Origin: Auanema rhodensis
Taxonomy: Eukaryota > Animalia > Nematoda
Length of the DNA stretch: 64,000 nucleotides
Direction of reading: 5' to 3'
Assembly (NCBI GenBank): GCA_964057225.1
Contig: OZ059896.1
Span: 3,162,001 to 3,226,000, forward strand
Below, piece after piece: positions 15,001 through 30,000 of the stretch; the stretch's first letter is position 1, and every line of letters starts with the position of its first letter. The translations under genes were made by a program, and so were the position numbers. Below the pieces are notes generated by a model, which ran no database searches, was not told where the DNA came from, and saw only the letters and a program-made list of their open reading frames with translations.

Positions 15001-18000
15001 AAAACATCTACTTTTTGTGAAATTATTTTGAAATTTTTCGGGAAAATTTTTGTCAAAATGTTTTTGGAAGCATTGTTGAGTGTACATGGAAACTCAACAT
15101 ACACTAATGCATCATTTTTCAAACGATCATAACTAATTTTTGTATTGAGCGTTTCTCCATGTAGTATAGTGCATTCGATGCGGATTTTTAAGCTGCGTCG
15201 ATCTGTGTTATCAGATTTGCGCTAGCTTGAAAATGCACCGAGATATCAACTGATATAGGTTCACACTTATATCCTCGATTTTCACCGTGAAGAATTAATT
15301 TTTTTGTTGAATAACAATGTCCATCGTCTTTGTCTTGAAAAAAGGAATCTAAAAACATCTACTTTTTGTGAAATTATTTTGAAATTTTTCGGGAAAATTT
15401 TTGTCAAAATGTTTTTGGAAGCATTGTTGAGTGTACATGGAAACTCAACATACACTAATGCATCATTTTTCAAACGATCATAACTAATTTTTGTATTGAG
15501 CGTTTCTCCATGTAGTATAGTGCATTCGATGCGGATTTTTAAGCTGCGTCGATCTGTGTTATCAGATTTGCGCTAGCTTGAAAATGCACCGAGATATCAA
15601 CTGATATAGGTTCACACTTATATCCTCGATTTTCACCGTGAAGAATTAATTTTTTTGTTGAATAACAATGTCCATCGTCTTTGTCTTGAAAAAAGGAATC
15701 TAAAAACATCTACTTTTTGTGAAATTATTTTGAAATTTTTCGGGAAAATTTTTGTCAAAATGTTTTTGGAAGCATTGTTGAGTGTACATGGAAACTCAAC
15801 ATACACTAATGCATCATTTTTCAAACGATCATAACTAATTTTTGTATTGAGCGTTTCTCCATGTAGTATAGTGCATTCGATGCGGATTTTTAAGCTGCGT
15901 CGATCTGTGTTATCAGATTTGCGCTAGCTTGAAAATGCACCGAGATATCAACTGATATAGGTTCACACTTATATCCTCGATTTTCACCGTGAAGAATTAA
16001 TTTTTTTGTTGAATAACAATGTCCATCGTCTTTGTCTTGAAAAAAGGAATCTAAAAACATCTACTTTTTGTGAAATTATTTTGAAATTTTTCGGGAAAAT
16101 TTTTGTCAAAATGTTTTTGGAAGCATTGTTGAGTGTACATGGAAACTCAACATACACTAATGCATCATTTTTCAAACGATCATAACTAATTTTTGTATTG
16201 AGCGTTTCTCCATGTAGTATAGTGCATTCGATGCGGATTTTTAAGCTGCGTCGATCTGTGTTATCAGATTTGCGCTAGCTTGAAAATGCACCGAGATATC
16301 AACTGATATAGGTTCACACTTATATCCTCGATTTTCACCGTGAAGAATTAATTTTTTTGTTGAATAACAATGTCCATCGTCTTTGTCTTGAAAAAAGGAA
16401 TCTAAAAACATCTACTTTTTGTGAAATTATTTTGAAATTTTTCGGGAAAATTTTTGTCAAAATGTTTTTGGAAGCATTGTTGAGTGTACATGGAAACTCA
16501 ACATACACTAATGCATCATTTTTCAAACGATCATAACTAATTTTTGTATTGAGCGTTTCTCCATGTAGTATAGTGCATTCGATGCGGATTTTTAAGCTGC
16601 GTCGATCTGTGTTATCAGATTTGCGCTAGCTTGAAAATGCACCGAGATATCAACTGATATAGGTTCACACTTATATCCTCGATTTTCACCGTGAAGAATT
16701 AATTTTTTCGTTGAATAACATTGTCCATCGTCTTTGTCTTGAAAAAAGGAATCTAAAAACATCTACTTTTTGTGAAATTATTTTGAAATTTTTCGGGAAA
16801 ATTTTTGTCAAAATGTTTTTGGATGCATTGTTGAGTGTACATGAAAACTCAACATACACTAATGCATCATTTTTCAAACGATCATAACTAATTTTTGTAT
16901 TGAGCGTTTCTCCATGTAGTATAGTGCATTCGATGCGGATTTTTAAGCTGCGTCGATCTGTGTTATCAGATTTGCGCTAGCTTGAAAATGCACCGAGATA
17001 TCAACTGATATAGGTTCACACTTATATCCTCGATTTTCACCGTGAAGAATTAATTTTTTTGTTGAATAACAATGTCCATCGTCTTTGTCTTGAAAAAAGG
17101 AATCTAAAAACATCTACTTTTTGTGAAATTATTTTGAAATTTTTCGGGAAAATTTTTGTCAAAATGTTTTTGGAAGCATTGTTGAGTGTACATGGAAACT
17201 CAACATACACTAATGCATCATTTTTCAAACGATCATAACTAATTTTTGTATTGAGCGTTTCTCCATGTAGTATAGTGCATTCGATGCGGATTTTTAAGCT
17301 GCGTCGATCTGTGTTATCAGATTTGCGCTAGCTTGAAAATGCACCGAGATATCAACTGATATAGGTTCACACTTATATCCTCGATTTTCACCGTGAAGAA
17401 TTAATTTTTTTGTTGAATAACAATGTCCATCGTCTTTGTCTTGAAAAAAGGAATCTAAAAACATCTACTTTTTGTGAAATTATTTTGAAATTTTTCGGGA
17501 AAATTTTTGTCAAAATGTTTTTGGAAGCATTGTTGAGTGTACATGGAAACTCAACATACACTAATGCATCATTTTTCAAACGATCATAACTAATTTTTGT
17601 ATTGAGCGTTTCTCCATGTAGTATAGTGCATTCGATGCGGATTTTTAAGCTGCGTCGATCTGTGTTATCAGATTTGCGCTAGCTTGAAAATGCACCGAGA
17701 TATCAACTGATATAGGTTCACACTTATATCCTCGATTTTCACCGTGAAGAATTAATTTTTTCGTTGAATAACATTGTCCATCGTCTTTGTCTTGAAAAAA
17801 GGAATCTAAAAACATCTACTTTTTGTGAAATTATTTTGAAATTTTTCGGGAAAATTTTTGTCAAAATGTTTTTGGATGCATTGTTGAGTGTACATGAAAA
17901 CTCAACATACACTAATGCATCATTTTTCAAACGATCATAACTAATTTTTGTATTGAGCGTTTCTCCATGTAGTATAGTGCATTCGATGCGGATTTTTAAG

Positions 18001-21000
18001 CTGCGTCGATCTGTGTTATCAGATTTGCGCTAGCTTGAAAATGCACCGAGATATCAACTGATATAGGTTCACACTTATATCCTCGATTTTCACCGTGAAG
18101 AATTAATTTTTTCGTTGAATAACATTGTCCATCGTCTTTGTCTTGAAAAAAGGAATCTAAAAACATCTACTTTTTGTGAAATTATTTTGAAATTTTTCGG
18201 GAAAATTTTTGTCAAAATGTTTTTGGATGCATTGTTGAGTGTACATGAAAACTCAACATACACTAATGCATCATTTTTCAAACGATCATAACTAATTTTT
18301 GTATTGAGCGTTTCTCCATGTAGTATAGTGCATTCGATGCGGATTTTTAAGCTGCGTCGATCTGTGTTATCAGATTTGCGCTAGCTTGAAAATGCACCGA
18401 GATATCAACTGATATAGGTTCACACTTATATCCTCGATTTTCACCGTGAAGAATTAATTTTTTTGTTGAATAACAATGTCCATCGTCTTTGTCTTGAAAA
18501 AAGGAATCTAAAAACATCTACTTTTTGTGAAATTATTTTGAAATTTTTCGGGAAAATTTTTGTCAAAATGTTTTTGGAAGCATTGTTGAGTGTACATGGA
18601 AACTCAACATACACTAATGCATCATTTTTCAAACGATCATAACTAATTTTTGTATTGAGCGTTTCTCCATGTAGTATAGTGCATTCGATGCGGATTTTTA
18701 AGCTGCGTCGATCTGTGTTATCAGATTTGCGCTAGCTTGAAAATGCACCGAGATATCAACTGATATAGGTTCACACTTATATCCTCGATTTTCACCGTGA
18801 AGAATTAATTTTTTTGTTGAATAACAATGTCCATCGTCTTTGTCTTGAAAAAAGGAATCTAAAAACATCTACTTTTTGTGAAATTATTTTGAAATTTTTC
18901 GGGAAAATTTTTGTCAAAATGTTTTTGGAAGCATTGTTGAGTGTACATGGAAACTCAACATACACTAATGCATCATTTTTCAAACGATCATAACTAATTT
19001 TTGTATTGAGCGTTTCTCCATGTAGTATAGTGCATTCGATGCGGATTTTTAAGCTGCGTCGATCTGTGTTATCAGATTTGCGCTAGCTTGAAAATGCACC
19101 GAGATATCAACTGATATAGGTTCACACTTATATCCTCGATTTTCACCGTGAAGAATTAATTTTTTCGTTGAATAACATTGTCCATCGTCTTTGTCTTGAA
19201 AAAAGGAATCTAAAAACATCTACTTTTTGTGAAATTATTTTGAAATTTTTCGGGAAAATTTTTGTCAAAATGTTTTTGGATGCATTGTTGAGTGTACATG
19301 AAAACTCAACATACACTAATGCATCATTTTTCAAACGATCATAACTAATTTTTGTATTGAGCGTTTCTCCATGTAGTATAGTGCATTCGATGCGGATTTT
19401 TAAGCTGCGTCGATCTGTGTTATCAGATTTGCGCTAGCTTGAAAATGCACCGAGATATCAACTGATATAGGTTCACACTTATATCCTCGATTTTCACCGT
19501 GAAGAATTAATTTTTTCGTTGAATAACATTGTCCATCGTCTTTGTCTTGAAAAAAGGAATCTAAAAACATCTACTTTTTGTGAAATTATTTTGAAATTTT
19601 TCGGGAAAATTTTTGTCAAAATGTTTTTGGATGCATTGTTGAGTGTACATGAAAACTCAACATACACTAATGCATCATTTTTCAAACGATCATAACTAAT
19701 TTTTGTATTGAGCGTTTCTCCATGTAGTATAGTGCATTCGATGCGGATTTTTAAGCTGCGTCGATCTGTGTTATCAGATTTGCGCTAGCTTGAAAATGCA
19801 CCGAGATATCAACTGATATAGGTTCACACTTATATCCTCGATTTTCACCGTGAAGAATTAATTTTTTTGTTGAATAACAATGTCCATCGTCTTTGTCTTG
19901 AAAAAAGGAATCTAAAAACATCTACTTTTTGTGAAATTATTTTGAAATTTTTCGGGAAAATTTTTGTCAAAATGTTTTTGGAAGCATTGTTGAGTGTACA
20001 TGGAAACTCAACATACACTAATGCATCATTTTTCAAACGATCATAACTAATTTTTGTATTGAGCGTTTCTCCATGTAGTATAGTGCATTCGATGCGGATT
20101 TTTAAGCTGCGTCGATCTGTGTTATCAGATTTGCGCTAGCTTGAAAATGCACCGAGATATCAACTGATATAGGTTCACACTTATATCCTCGATTTTCACC
20201 GTGAAGAATTAATTTTTTTGTTGAATAACAATGTCCATCGTCTTTGTCTTGAAAAAAAGGAATCTAAAAACATCTACTTTTTGTGAAATTATTTTGAAAT
20301 TTTTCGGGAAAATTTTTGTCAAAATGTTTTTGGAAGCATTGTTGAGTGTACATGGAAACTCAACATACACTAATGCATCATTTTTCAAACGATCATAACT
20401 AATTTTTGTATTGAGCGTTTCTCCATGTAGTATAGTGCATTCGATGCGGATTTTTAAGCTGCGTCGATCTGTGTTATCAGATTTGCGCTAGCTTGAAAAT
20501 GCACCGAGATATCAACTGATATAGGTTCACACTTATATCCTCGATTTTCACCGTGAAGAATTAATTTTTTTGTTGAATAACAATGTCCATCGTCTTTGTC
20601 TTGAAAAAAGGAATCTAAAAACATCTACTTTTTGTGAAATTATTTTGAAATTTTTCGGGAAAATTTTTGTCAAAATGTTTTTGGAAGCATTGTTGAGTGT
20701 ACATGGAAACTCAACATACACTAATGCATCATTTTTCAAACGATCATAACTAATTTTTGTATTGAGCGTTTCTCCATGTAGTATAGTGCATTCGATGCGG
20801 ATTTTTAAGCTGCGTCGATCTGTGTTATCAGATTTGCGCTAGCTTGAAAATGCACCGAGATATCAACTGATATAGGTTCACACTTATATCCTCGATTTTC
20901 ACCGTGAAGAATTAATTTTTTTGTTGAATAACAATGTCCATCGTCTTTGTCTTGAAAAAAGGAATCCAAAAACATCTACTTTTTGTGAAATTATTTTGAA

Positions 21001-24000
21001 ATTTTTCGGGAAAATTTTTGTCAAAATGTTTTTGGAAGCATTGTTGAGTGTACATGGAAACTCAACATACACTAATGCATCATTTTTCAAACGATCATAA
21101 CTAATTTTTGTATTGAGCGTTTCTCCATGTAGTATAGTGCATTCGATGCGGATTTTTAAGCTGCGTCGATCTGTGTTATCAGATTTGCGCTAGCTTGAAA
21201 ATGCACCGAGATATCAACTGATATAGGTTCACACTTATATCCTCGATTTTCACCGTGAAGAATTAATTTTTTTGTTGAATAACAATGTCCATCGTCTTTG
21301 TCTTGAAAAAAGGAATCTAAAAACATCTACTTTTTGTGAAATTATTTTGAAATTTTTCGGGAAAATTTTTGTCAAAATGTTTTTGGAAGCATTGTTGAGT
21401 GTACATGGAAACTCAACATACACTAATGCATCATTTTTCAAACGATCATAACTAATTTTTGTATTGAGCGTTTCTCCATGTAGTATAGTGCATTCGATGC
21501 GGATTTTTAAGCTGCGTCGATCTGTGTTATCAGATTTGCGCTAGCTTGAAAATGCACCGAGATATCAACTGATATAGGTTCACACTTATATCCTCGATTT
21601 TCACCGTGAAGAATTAATTTTTTTGTTGAATAACAATGTCCATCGTCTTTGTCTTGAAAAAAGGAATCTAAAAACATCTACTTTTTGTGAAATTATTTTG
21701 AAATTTTTCGGGAAAATTTTTGTCAAAATGTTTTTGGAAGCATTGTTGAGTGTACATGGAAACTCAACATACACTAATGCATCATTTTTCAAACGATCAT
21801 AACTAATTTTTGTATTGAGCGTTTCTCCATGTAGTATAGTGCATTCGATGCGGATTTTTAAGCTGCGTCGATCTGTGTTATCAGATTTGCGCTAGCTTGA
21901 AAATGCACCGAGATATCAACTGATATAGGTTCACACTTATATCCTCGATTTTCACCGTGAAGAATTAATTTTTTTGTTGAATAACAATGTCCATCGTCTT
22001 TGTCTTGAAAAAAGGAATCTAAAAACATCTACTTTTTGTGAAATTATTTTGAAATTTTTCGGGAAAATTTTTGTCAAAATGTTTTTGGAAGCATTGTTGA
22101 GTGTACATGGAAACTCAACATACACTAATGCATCATTTTTCAAACGATCATAACTAATTTTTGTATTGAGCGTTTCTCCATGTAGTATAGTGCATTCGAT
22201 GCGGATTTTTAAGCTGCGTCGATCTGTGTTATCAGATTTGCGCTAGCTTGAAAATGCACCGAGATATCAACTGATATAGGTTCACACTTATATCCTCGAT
22301 TTTCACCGTGAAGAATTAATTTTTTTGTTGAATAACAATGTCCATCGTCTTTGTCTTGAAAAAAGGAATCTAAAAACATCTACTTTTTGTGAAATTATTT
22401 TGAAATTTTTCGGGAAAATTTTTGTCAAAATGTTTTTGGAAGCATTGTTGAGTGTACATGGAAACTCAACATACACTAATGCATCATTTTTCAAACGATC
22501 ATAACTAATTTTTGTATTGAGCGTTTCTCCATGTAGTATAGTGCATTCGATGCGGATTTTTAAGCTGCGTCGATCTGTGTTATCAGATTTGCGCTAGCTT
22601 GAAAATGCACCGAGATATCAACTGATATAGGTTCACACTTATATCCTCGATTTTCACCGTGAAGAATTAATTTTTTCGTTGAATAACATTGTCCATCGTC
22701 TTTGTCTTGAAAAAAGGAATCTAAAAACATCTACTTTTTGTGAAATTATTTTGAAATTTTTCGGGAAAATTTTTGTCAAAATGTTTTTGGATGCATTGTT
22801 GAGTGTACATGAAAACTCAACATACACTAATGCATCATTTTTCAAACGATCATAACTAATTTTTGTATTGAGCGTTTCTCCATGTAGTATAGTGCATTCG
22901 ATGCGGATTTTTAAGCTGCGTCGATCTGTGTTATCAGATTTGCGCTAGCTTGAAAATGCACCGAGATATCAACTGATATAGGTTCACACTTATATCCTCG
23001 ATTTTCACCGTGAAGAATTAATTTTTTTGTTGAATAACAATGTCCATCGTCTTTGTCTTGAAAAAAGGAATCTAAAAACATCTACTTTTTGTGAAATTAT
23101 TTTGAAATTTTTCGGGAAAATTTTTGTCAAAATGTTTTTGGAAGCAATGTTGAGTGTACATGGAAACTCAACATACACTAATGCATCATTTTTCAAACGA
23201 TCATAACTAATTTTTGTATTGAGTGTTTCCCAATGTAGTATAGTGCATTCGATGTGGATTTTTAAGCTGCGTCGATCTGTGTTATCAGATTTGCGCTAGC
23301 TTAAAAATGCACCGAGATATCAACTGATATAAGTTCACACTTATATCCTCGATTTTCACCCTGAAGAATTAATTTTTTTGTTGAATAACAATGTCCATCG
23401 TCTTTGTCTTGAAAAAAGGAATCTAAAAACATCTACTTTTTGTGAAATTATTTTGAAATTTTTCGGGAAAATTTTTGTCAAAACGTTTTTGGAAGCAATG
23501 TTGAGTGTACATGGAAACTCAACATACACTAATGCATCATTTTTCAAACGATCATAACTAATTTTTGTATTGAGTGTTTCCCAATGTAGTATAGTGCATT
23601 CGATGTGGATTTTTAAGCTGCGTCGATCTGTGTTATCAGATTTGCGCTAGCTTAAAAATGCACCGAGATATCAACTGATATAAGTTCACACTTATATCCT
23701 CGATTTTCACCGTGAAGAATTAATTTTTTTGTTGAATACCAATGTCCATCGTCTTTGTCTTGAAAAAAGGAATCTAAAAACATCTACTTTTTGTGAAATT
23801 ATTTTGAAATTTTTCGGGAAAATTTTTGTCAAAATGTTTTTGGAAGCAATGTTGAGTGTACATGGAAACTCAACATACACTAATGCATCATTTTTCAAAC
23901 GATCATAACTAATTTTTGTATTGAGTGTTTCCCAATGTAGTATAGTGCATTCGATGTGGATTTTTAAGCTGCGTCGATCTGTGTTATCAGATTTGCGCTA

Positions 24001-27000
24001 GCTTGAAAATGCACCGAGATATCAACTGATATAGGTTCACACTTATATCCTCGATTTTCACCGTGAAGAATTAATTTTTTTGTTGAATAACAATGTCCAT
24101 CGTCTTTGTCTTGAAAAAAGGAATCTAAAAACATCTACTTTTTGTGAAATTATTTTGAAATTTTTCGGGAAAATTTTTGTCAAAATGTTTTTGGAAGCAA
24201 TGTTGAGTGTACATGGAAACTCAACATACACTAATGCATCATTTTTCAAACGATCATAACTAATTTTTGTATTGAGTGTTTCCCAATGTAGTATAGTGTA
24301 TTCGATTTGGATTTTTAAGCTGCGTCGATCTGTGTTATCAGATTTGCGCTAGCTTGAAAATGCACCGAGATATCAACTGATATAAGTTCACACTTATATC
24401 CTCGATTTTCACCGTGAAGAATTAATTTTTTTGTTGAATACCAATGTCCATCGTCTTTGTCTTGAAAAAAGGAATCTAAAAACATCTACTTTTTGTGAAA
24501 TTATTTTGAAATTTTTCGGGAAAATTTTTGTCAAAATGTTTTTGGAAGCAATGTTGAGTGTACATGGAAACTCAACATACACTAATGCATCATTTTTCAA
24601 ACGATCATAACTAATTTTTGTATTGAGTGTTTCCCAATGTAGTATAGTGCATTCGATGTGGATTTTTAAGCTGCGTCGATCTGTGTTATCAGATTTGCGC
24701 TAGCTTGAAAATGCACCGAGATATCAACTGATATAGGTTCACACTTATATCCTCGATTTTCACCGTGAAGAATTAATTTTTTTGTTGAATAACAATGTCC
24801 ATCGTCTTTGTCTTGAAAAAAGGAATCTAAAAACATCTACTTTTTGTGAAATTATTTTGAAATTTTTCGGGAAAATTTTTGTCAAAATGTTTTTGGAAGC
24901 AATGTTGAGTGTACATGGAAACTCAACATACACTAATGCATCATTTTTCAAACGATCATAACTAATTTTTGTATTGAGTGTTTCCCAATGTAGTATAGTG
25001 TATTCGATTTGGATTTTTAAGCTGCGTCGATCTGTGTTATCAGATTTGCGCTAGCTTGAAAATGCACCGAGATATCAACTGATATAGGTTCACACTTATA
25101 TCCTCGATTTTCACCGTGAAGAATTAATTTTTTTGTTGAATGACAATGTCCATCGTCTTTGTCTTGAAAAAAGGAATCTAAAAACATCTACTTTTTGTAA
25201 ATTTATTCTGAAATTTTTCGGGAAAATGTTTGTCAAAATGTTTTTGGAAGCAATGTTGAGTGTACATGGAAACTCAACATACACTAATGCATCATTTTTC
25301 AAACAATCATAACTAATTTTTGTATTGAGCGTTTCTTAATGTAGTATAGTACATTCGATGCGGATTTTTAAGCTGCGTCGATCTGTGTTATCAGATTTGC
25401 GCTAGCTTGAAAATGCACCGAGATATCAACTGATATAGGTTCACACTTATATCCTCGATTTTCACCGTGAAGAATTAATTTTTTTTTGTTGAATAACAAT
25501 GTCCATCGTCTTTGTCTTGAAAAGAGGAATCTAAAAACATCTACTTTTTGTGAAATTATTTTGAAATTTTTCGGGAAAATTTTTGTCAAAATGTTTTTGG
25601 AAGCATTGTTGAGTGTACATGGAAACTCAACATACACTAATGCATCATTTTTCAAACGATCATAACTAATTTTTGTATTGAGCGTTTCTCCATGTAGTAT
25701 AGTGCATTCGATGCGGATTTTTAAGCTGCGTCGATCTGTGTTATCAGATTTGCGCTAGCTTGAAAATGCACCGAGATATCAACTGATATAGGTTCACACT
25801 TATATCCTCGATTTTCACCGTGAAGAATTAATTTTTTTTTGTTGAATAACAATGTCCATCGTCTTTGTCTTGAAAAGAGGAATCTAAAAACATCTACTTT
25901 TTGTGAAATTATTTTGAAATTTTTCGGGAAAATTTTTGTCAAAATGTTTTTGGAAGCATTGTTGAGTGTACATGGAAACTCAACATACACTAATGCATCA
26001 TTTTTCAAACGATCATAACTAATTTTTGTATTGAGCGTTTCTTAATGTAGTATAGTACATTCGATGCGGATTTTTAAGCTGCGTCGATCTGTGTTATCAG
26101 ATTTGCGCTAGCTTAAAAATGAACCGAGATATCAACTGATATAGGTTCACACTTATATCCTCGATTTTCACCGTGAAGAATTAATTTTTTTTTGTTGAAT
26201 AACAATGTCCATCGTCTTTGTCTTGAAAAGAGGAATCTAAAAACATCTACTTTTTGTGAAATTATTTTGAAATTTTTCGGGAAAATTTTTGTCAAAATGT
26301 TTTTGGAAGCATTGTTGAGTGTACATGGAAACTCAACATACACTAATGCATCATTTTTCAAACGATCATAACTAATTTTTGTATTGAGCGTTTCTCCATG
26401 TAGTATAGTGCATTCGATGCGGATTTTTAAGCTGCGTCGATCTGTGTTATCAGATTTGCGCTAGCTTGAAAATGCACCGAGATATCAACTGATATAGGTT
26501 CACACTTATATCCTCGATTTTCACCGTGAAGAATTAATTTTTTTGTTGAATAACAATGTCCATCGTCTTTGTCTTGAAAAAAGGAATCTAAAAACATCTA
26601 CTTTTTGTGAAATTATTTTGAAATTTTTCGGGAAAATTTTTGTCAAAATGTTTTTGGAAGCATTGTTGAGTGTACATGGAAACTCAACATACACTAATGC
26701 ATCATTTTTCAAACGATCATAACTAATTTTTGTATTGAGCGTTTCTCCATGTAGTATAGTGCATTCGATGCGGATTTTTAAGCTGCGTCGATCTGTGTTA
26801 TCAGATTTGCGCTAGCTTGAAAATGCACCGAGATATCAACTGATATAGGTTCACACTTATATCCTCGATTTTCACCGTGAAGAATTAATTTTTTTGTTGA
26901 ATAACAATGTCCATCGTCTTTGTCTTGAAAAAAGGAATCTAAAAACATCTACTTTTTGTGAAATTATTTTGAAATTTTTCGGGAAAATTTTTGTCAAAAT

Positions 27001-30000
27001 GTTTTTGGAAGCATTGTTGAGTGTACATGGAAACTCAACATACACTAATGCATCATTTTTCAAACGATCATAACTAATTTTTGTATTGAGCGTTTCTCCA
27101 TGTAGTATAGTGCATTCGATGCGGATTTTTAAGCTGCGTCGATCTGTGTTATCAGATTTGCGCTAGCTTGAAAATGCACCGAGATATCAACTGATATAGG
27201 TTCACACTTATATCCTCGATTTTCACCGTGAAGAATTAATTTTTTTGTTGAATAACAATGTCCATCGTCTTTGTCTTGAAAAAAGGAATCTAAAAACATC
27301 TACTTTTTGTGAAATTATTTTGAAATTTTTCGGGAAAATTTTTGTCAAAATGTTTTTGGAAGCATTGTTGAGTGTACATGGAAACTCAACATACACTAAT
27401 GCATCATTTTTCAAACGATCATAACTAATTTTTGTATTGAGCGTTTCTTCATGTAGTATAGTGCATTCGATGCGGATTTTTAAGCTGCGTCGATCTGTGT
27501 TATCAGATTTGCGCTAGCTTGAAAATGCACCGAGATATCAACTGATATAGGTTCACACTTATATCCTCGATTTTCACCGTGAAGAATTAATTTTTTTGTT
27601 GAATAACAATGTCCATCGTCTTTGTCTTGAAAAAAGGAATCTAAAAACATCTACTTTTTGTGAAATTATTTTGAAATTTTTCGGGAAAATTTTTGTCAAA
27701 ATGTTTTTGGAAGCATTGTTGAGTGTACATGGAAACTCAACATACACTAATGCATCATTTTTCAAACGATCATAACTAATTTTTGTATTGAGCGTTTCTC
27801 CATGTAGTATAGTGCATTCGATGCGGATTTTTAAGCTGCGTCGATCTGTGTTATCAGATTTGCGCTAGCTTGAAAATGCACCGAGATATCAACTGATATA
27901 GGTTCACACTTATATCCTCGATTTTCACCGTGAAGAATTAATTTTTTTGTTGAATAACAATGTCCATCGTCTTTGTCTTGAAAAAAGGAATCTAAAAACA
28001 TCTACTTTTTGTGAAATTATTTTGAAATTTTTCGGGAAAATTTTTGTCAAAATGTTTTTGGAAGCATTGTTGAGTGTACATGGAAACTCAACATACACTA
28101 ATGCATCATTTTTCAAACGATCATAACTAATTTTTGTATTGAGCGTTTCTCCATGTAGTATAGTGCATTCGATGCGGATTTTTAAGCTGCGTCGATCTGT
28201 GTTATCAGATTTGCGCTAGCTTGAAAATGCACCGAGATATCAACTGATATAGGTTCACACTTATATCCTCGATTTTCACCGTGAAGAATTAATTTTTTTG
28301 TTGAATAACAATGTCCATCGTCTTTGTCTTGAAAAAAGGAATCTAAAAACATCTACTTTTTGTGAAATTATTTTGAAATTTTTCGGGAAAATTTTTGTCA
28401 AAATGTTTTTGGAAGCATTGTTGAGTGTACATGGAAACTCAACATACACTAATGCATCATTTTTCAAACGATCATAACTAATTTTTGTATTGAGCGTTTC
28501 TCCATGTAGTATAGTGCATTCGATGCGGATTTTTAAGCTGCGTCGATCTGTGTTATCAGATTTGCGCTAGCTTGAAAATGCACCGAGATATCAACTGATA
28601 TAGGTTCACACTTATATCCTCGATTTTCACCGTGAAGAATTAATTTTTTTGTTGAATAACAATGTCCATCGTCTTTGTCTTGAAAAAAGGAATCTAAAAA
28701 CATCTACTTTTTGTGAAATTATTTTGAAATTTTTCGGGAAAATTTTTGTCAAAATGTTTTTGGAAGCATTGTTGAGTGTACATGGAAACTCAACATACAC
28801 TAATGCATCATTTTTCAAACGATCAAAACTAATTTTTGTATTGAGCGTTTCTTCATGTAGTATAGTGCATTCGATGCGGATTTTTAAGCTGCGTCGATCT
28901 GTGTTATCAGATTTGCGCTAGCTTGAAAATGCACCGAGATATCAACTGATATAGGTTCACACTTATATCCTCGATTTTCACCGTGAAGAATTAATTTTTT
29001 TGTTGAATAACAATGTCCATCGTCTTTGTCTTGAAAAAAGGAATCTAAAAACATCTACTTTTTGTGAAATTATTTTGAAATTTTTCGGGAAAATTTTTGT
29101 CAAAATGTTTTTGGAAGCATTGTTGAGTGTACATGGAAACTCAACATACACTAATGCATCATTTTTCAAACGATCATAACTAATTTTTGTATTGAGCGTT
29201 TCTCCATGTAGTATAGTGCATTCGATGCGGATTTTTAAGCTGCGTCGATCTGTGTTATCAGATTTGCGCTAGCTTGAAAATGCACCGAGATATCAACTGA
29301 TATAGGTTCACACTTATATCCTCGATTTTCACCGTGAAGAATTAATTTTTTTGTTGAATAACAATGTCCATCGTCTTTGTCTTGAAAAAAGGAATCTAAA
29401 AACATCTACTTTTTGTGAAATTATTTTGAAATTTTTCGGGAAAATTTTTGTCAAAATGTTTTTGGAAGCAATGTTGAGTGTACATGGAAACTCAACATAC
29501 ACTAATGCATCATTTTTCAAACGATCATAACTAATTTTTGTATTGAGTGTTTCCCAATGTAGTATAGTGCATTCGATGTGGATTTTTAAGCTGCGTCGAT
29601 CTGTGTTATCAGATTTGCGCTAGCTTAAAAATGCACCGAGATATCAACTGATATAAGTTCACACTTATATCCTCGATTTTCACCCTGAAGAATTAATTTT
29701 TTTGTTGAATAACAATGTCCATCGTCTTTGTCTTGAAAAAAGGAATCTAAAAACATCTACTTTTTGTGAAATTATTTTGAAATTTTTCGGGAAAATTTTT
29801 GTCAAAACGTTTTTGGAAGCAATGTTGAGTGTACATGGAAACTCAACATACACTAATGCATCATTTTTCAAACGATCATAACTAATTTTTGTATTGAGTG
29901 TTTCCCAATGTAGTATAGTGCATTCGATGTGGATTTTTAAGCTGCGTCGATCTGTGTTATCAGATTTGCGCTAGCTTAAAAATGCACCGAGATATCAACT

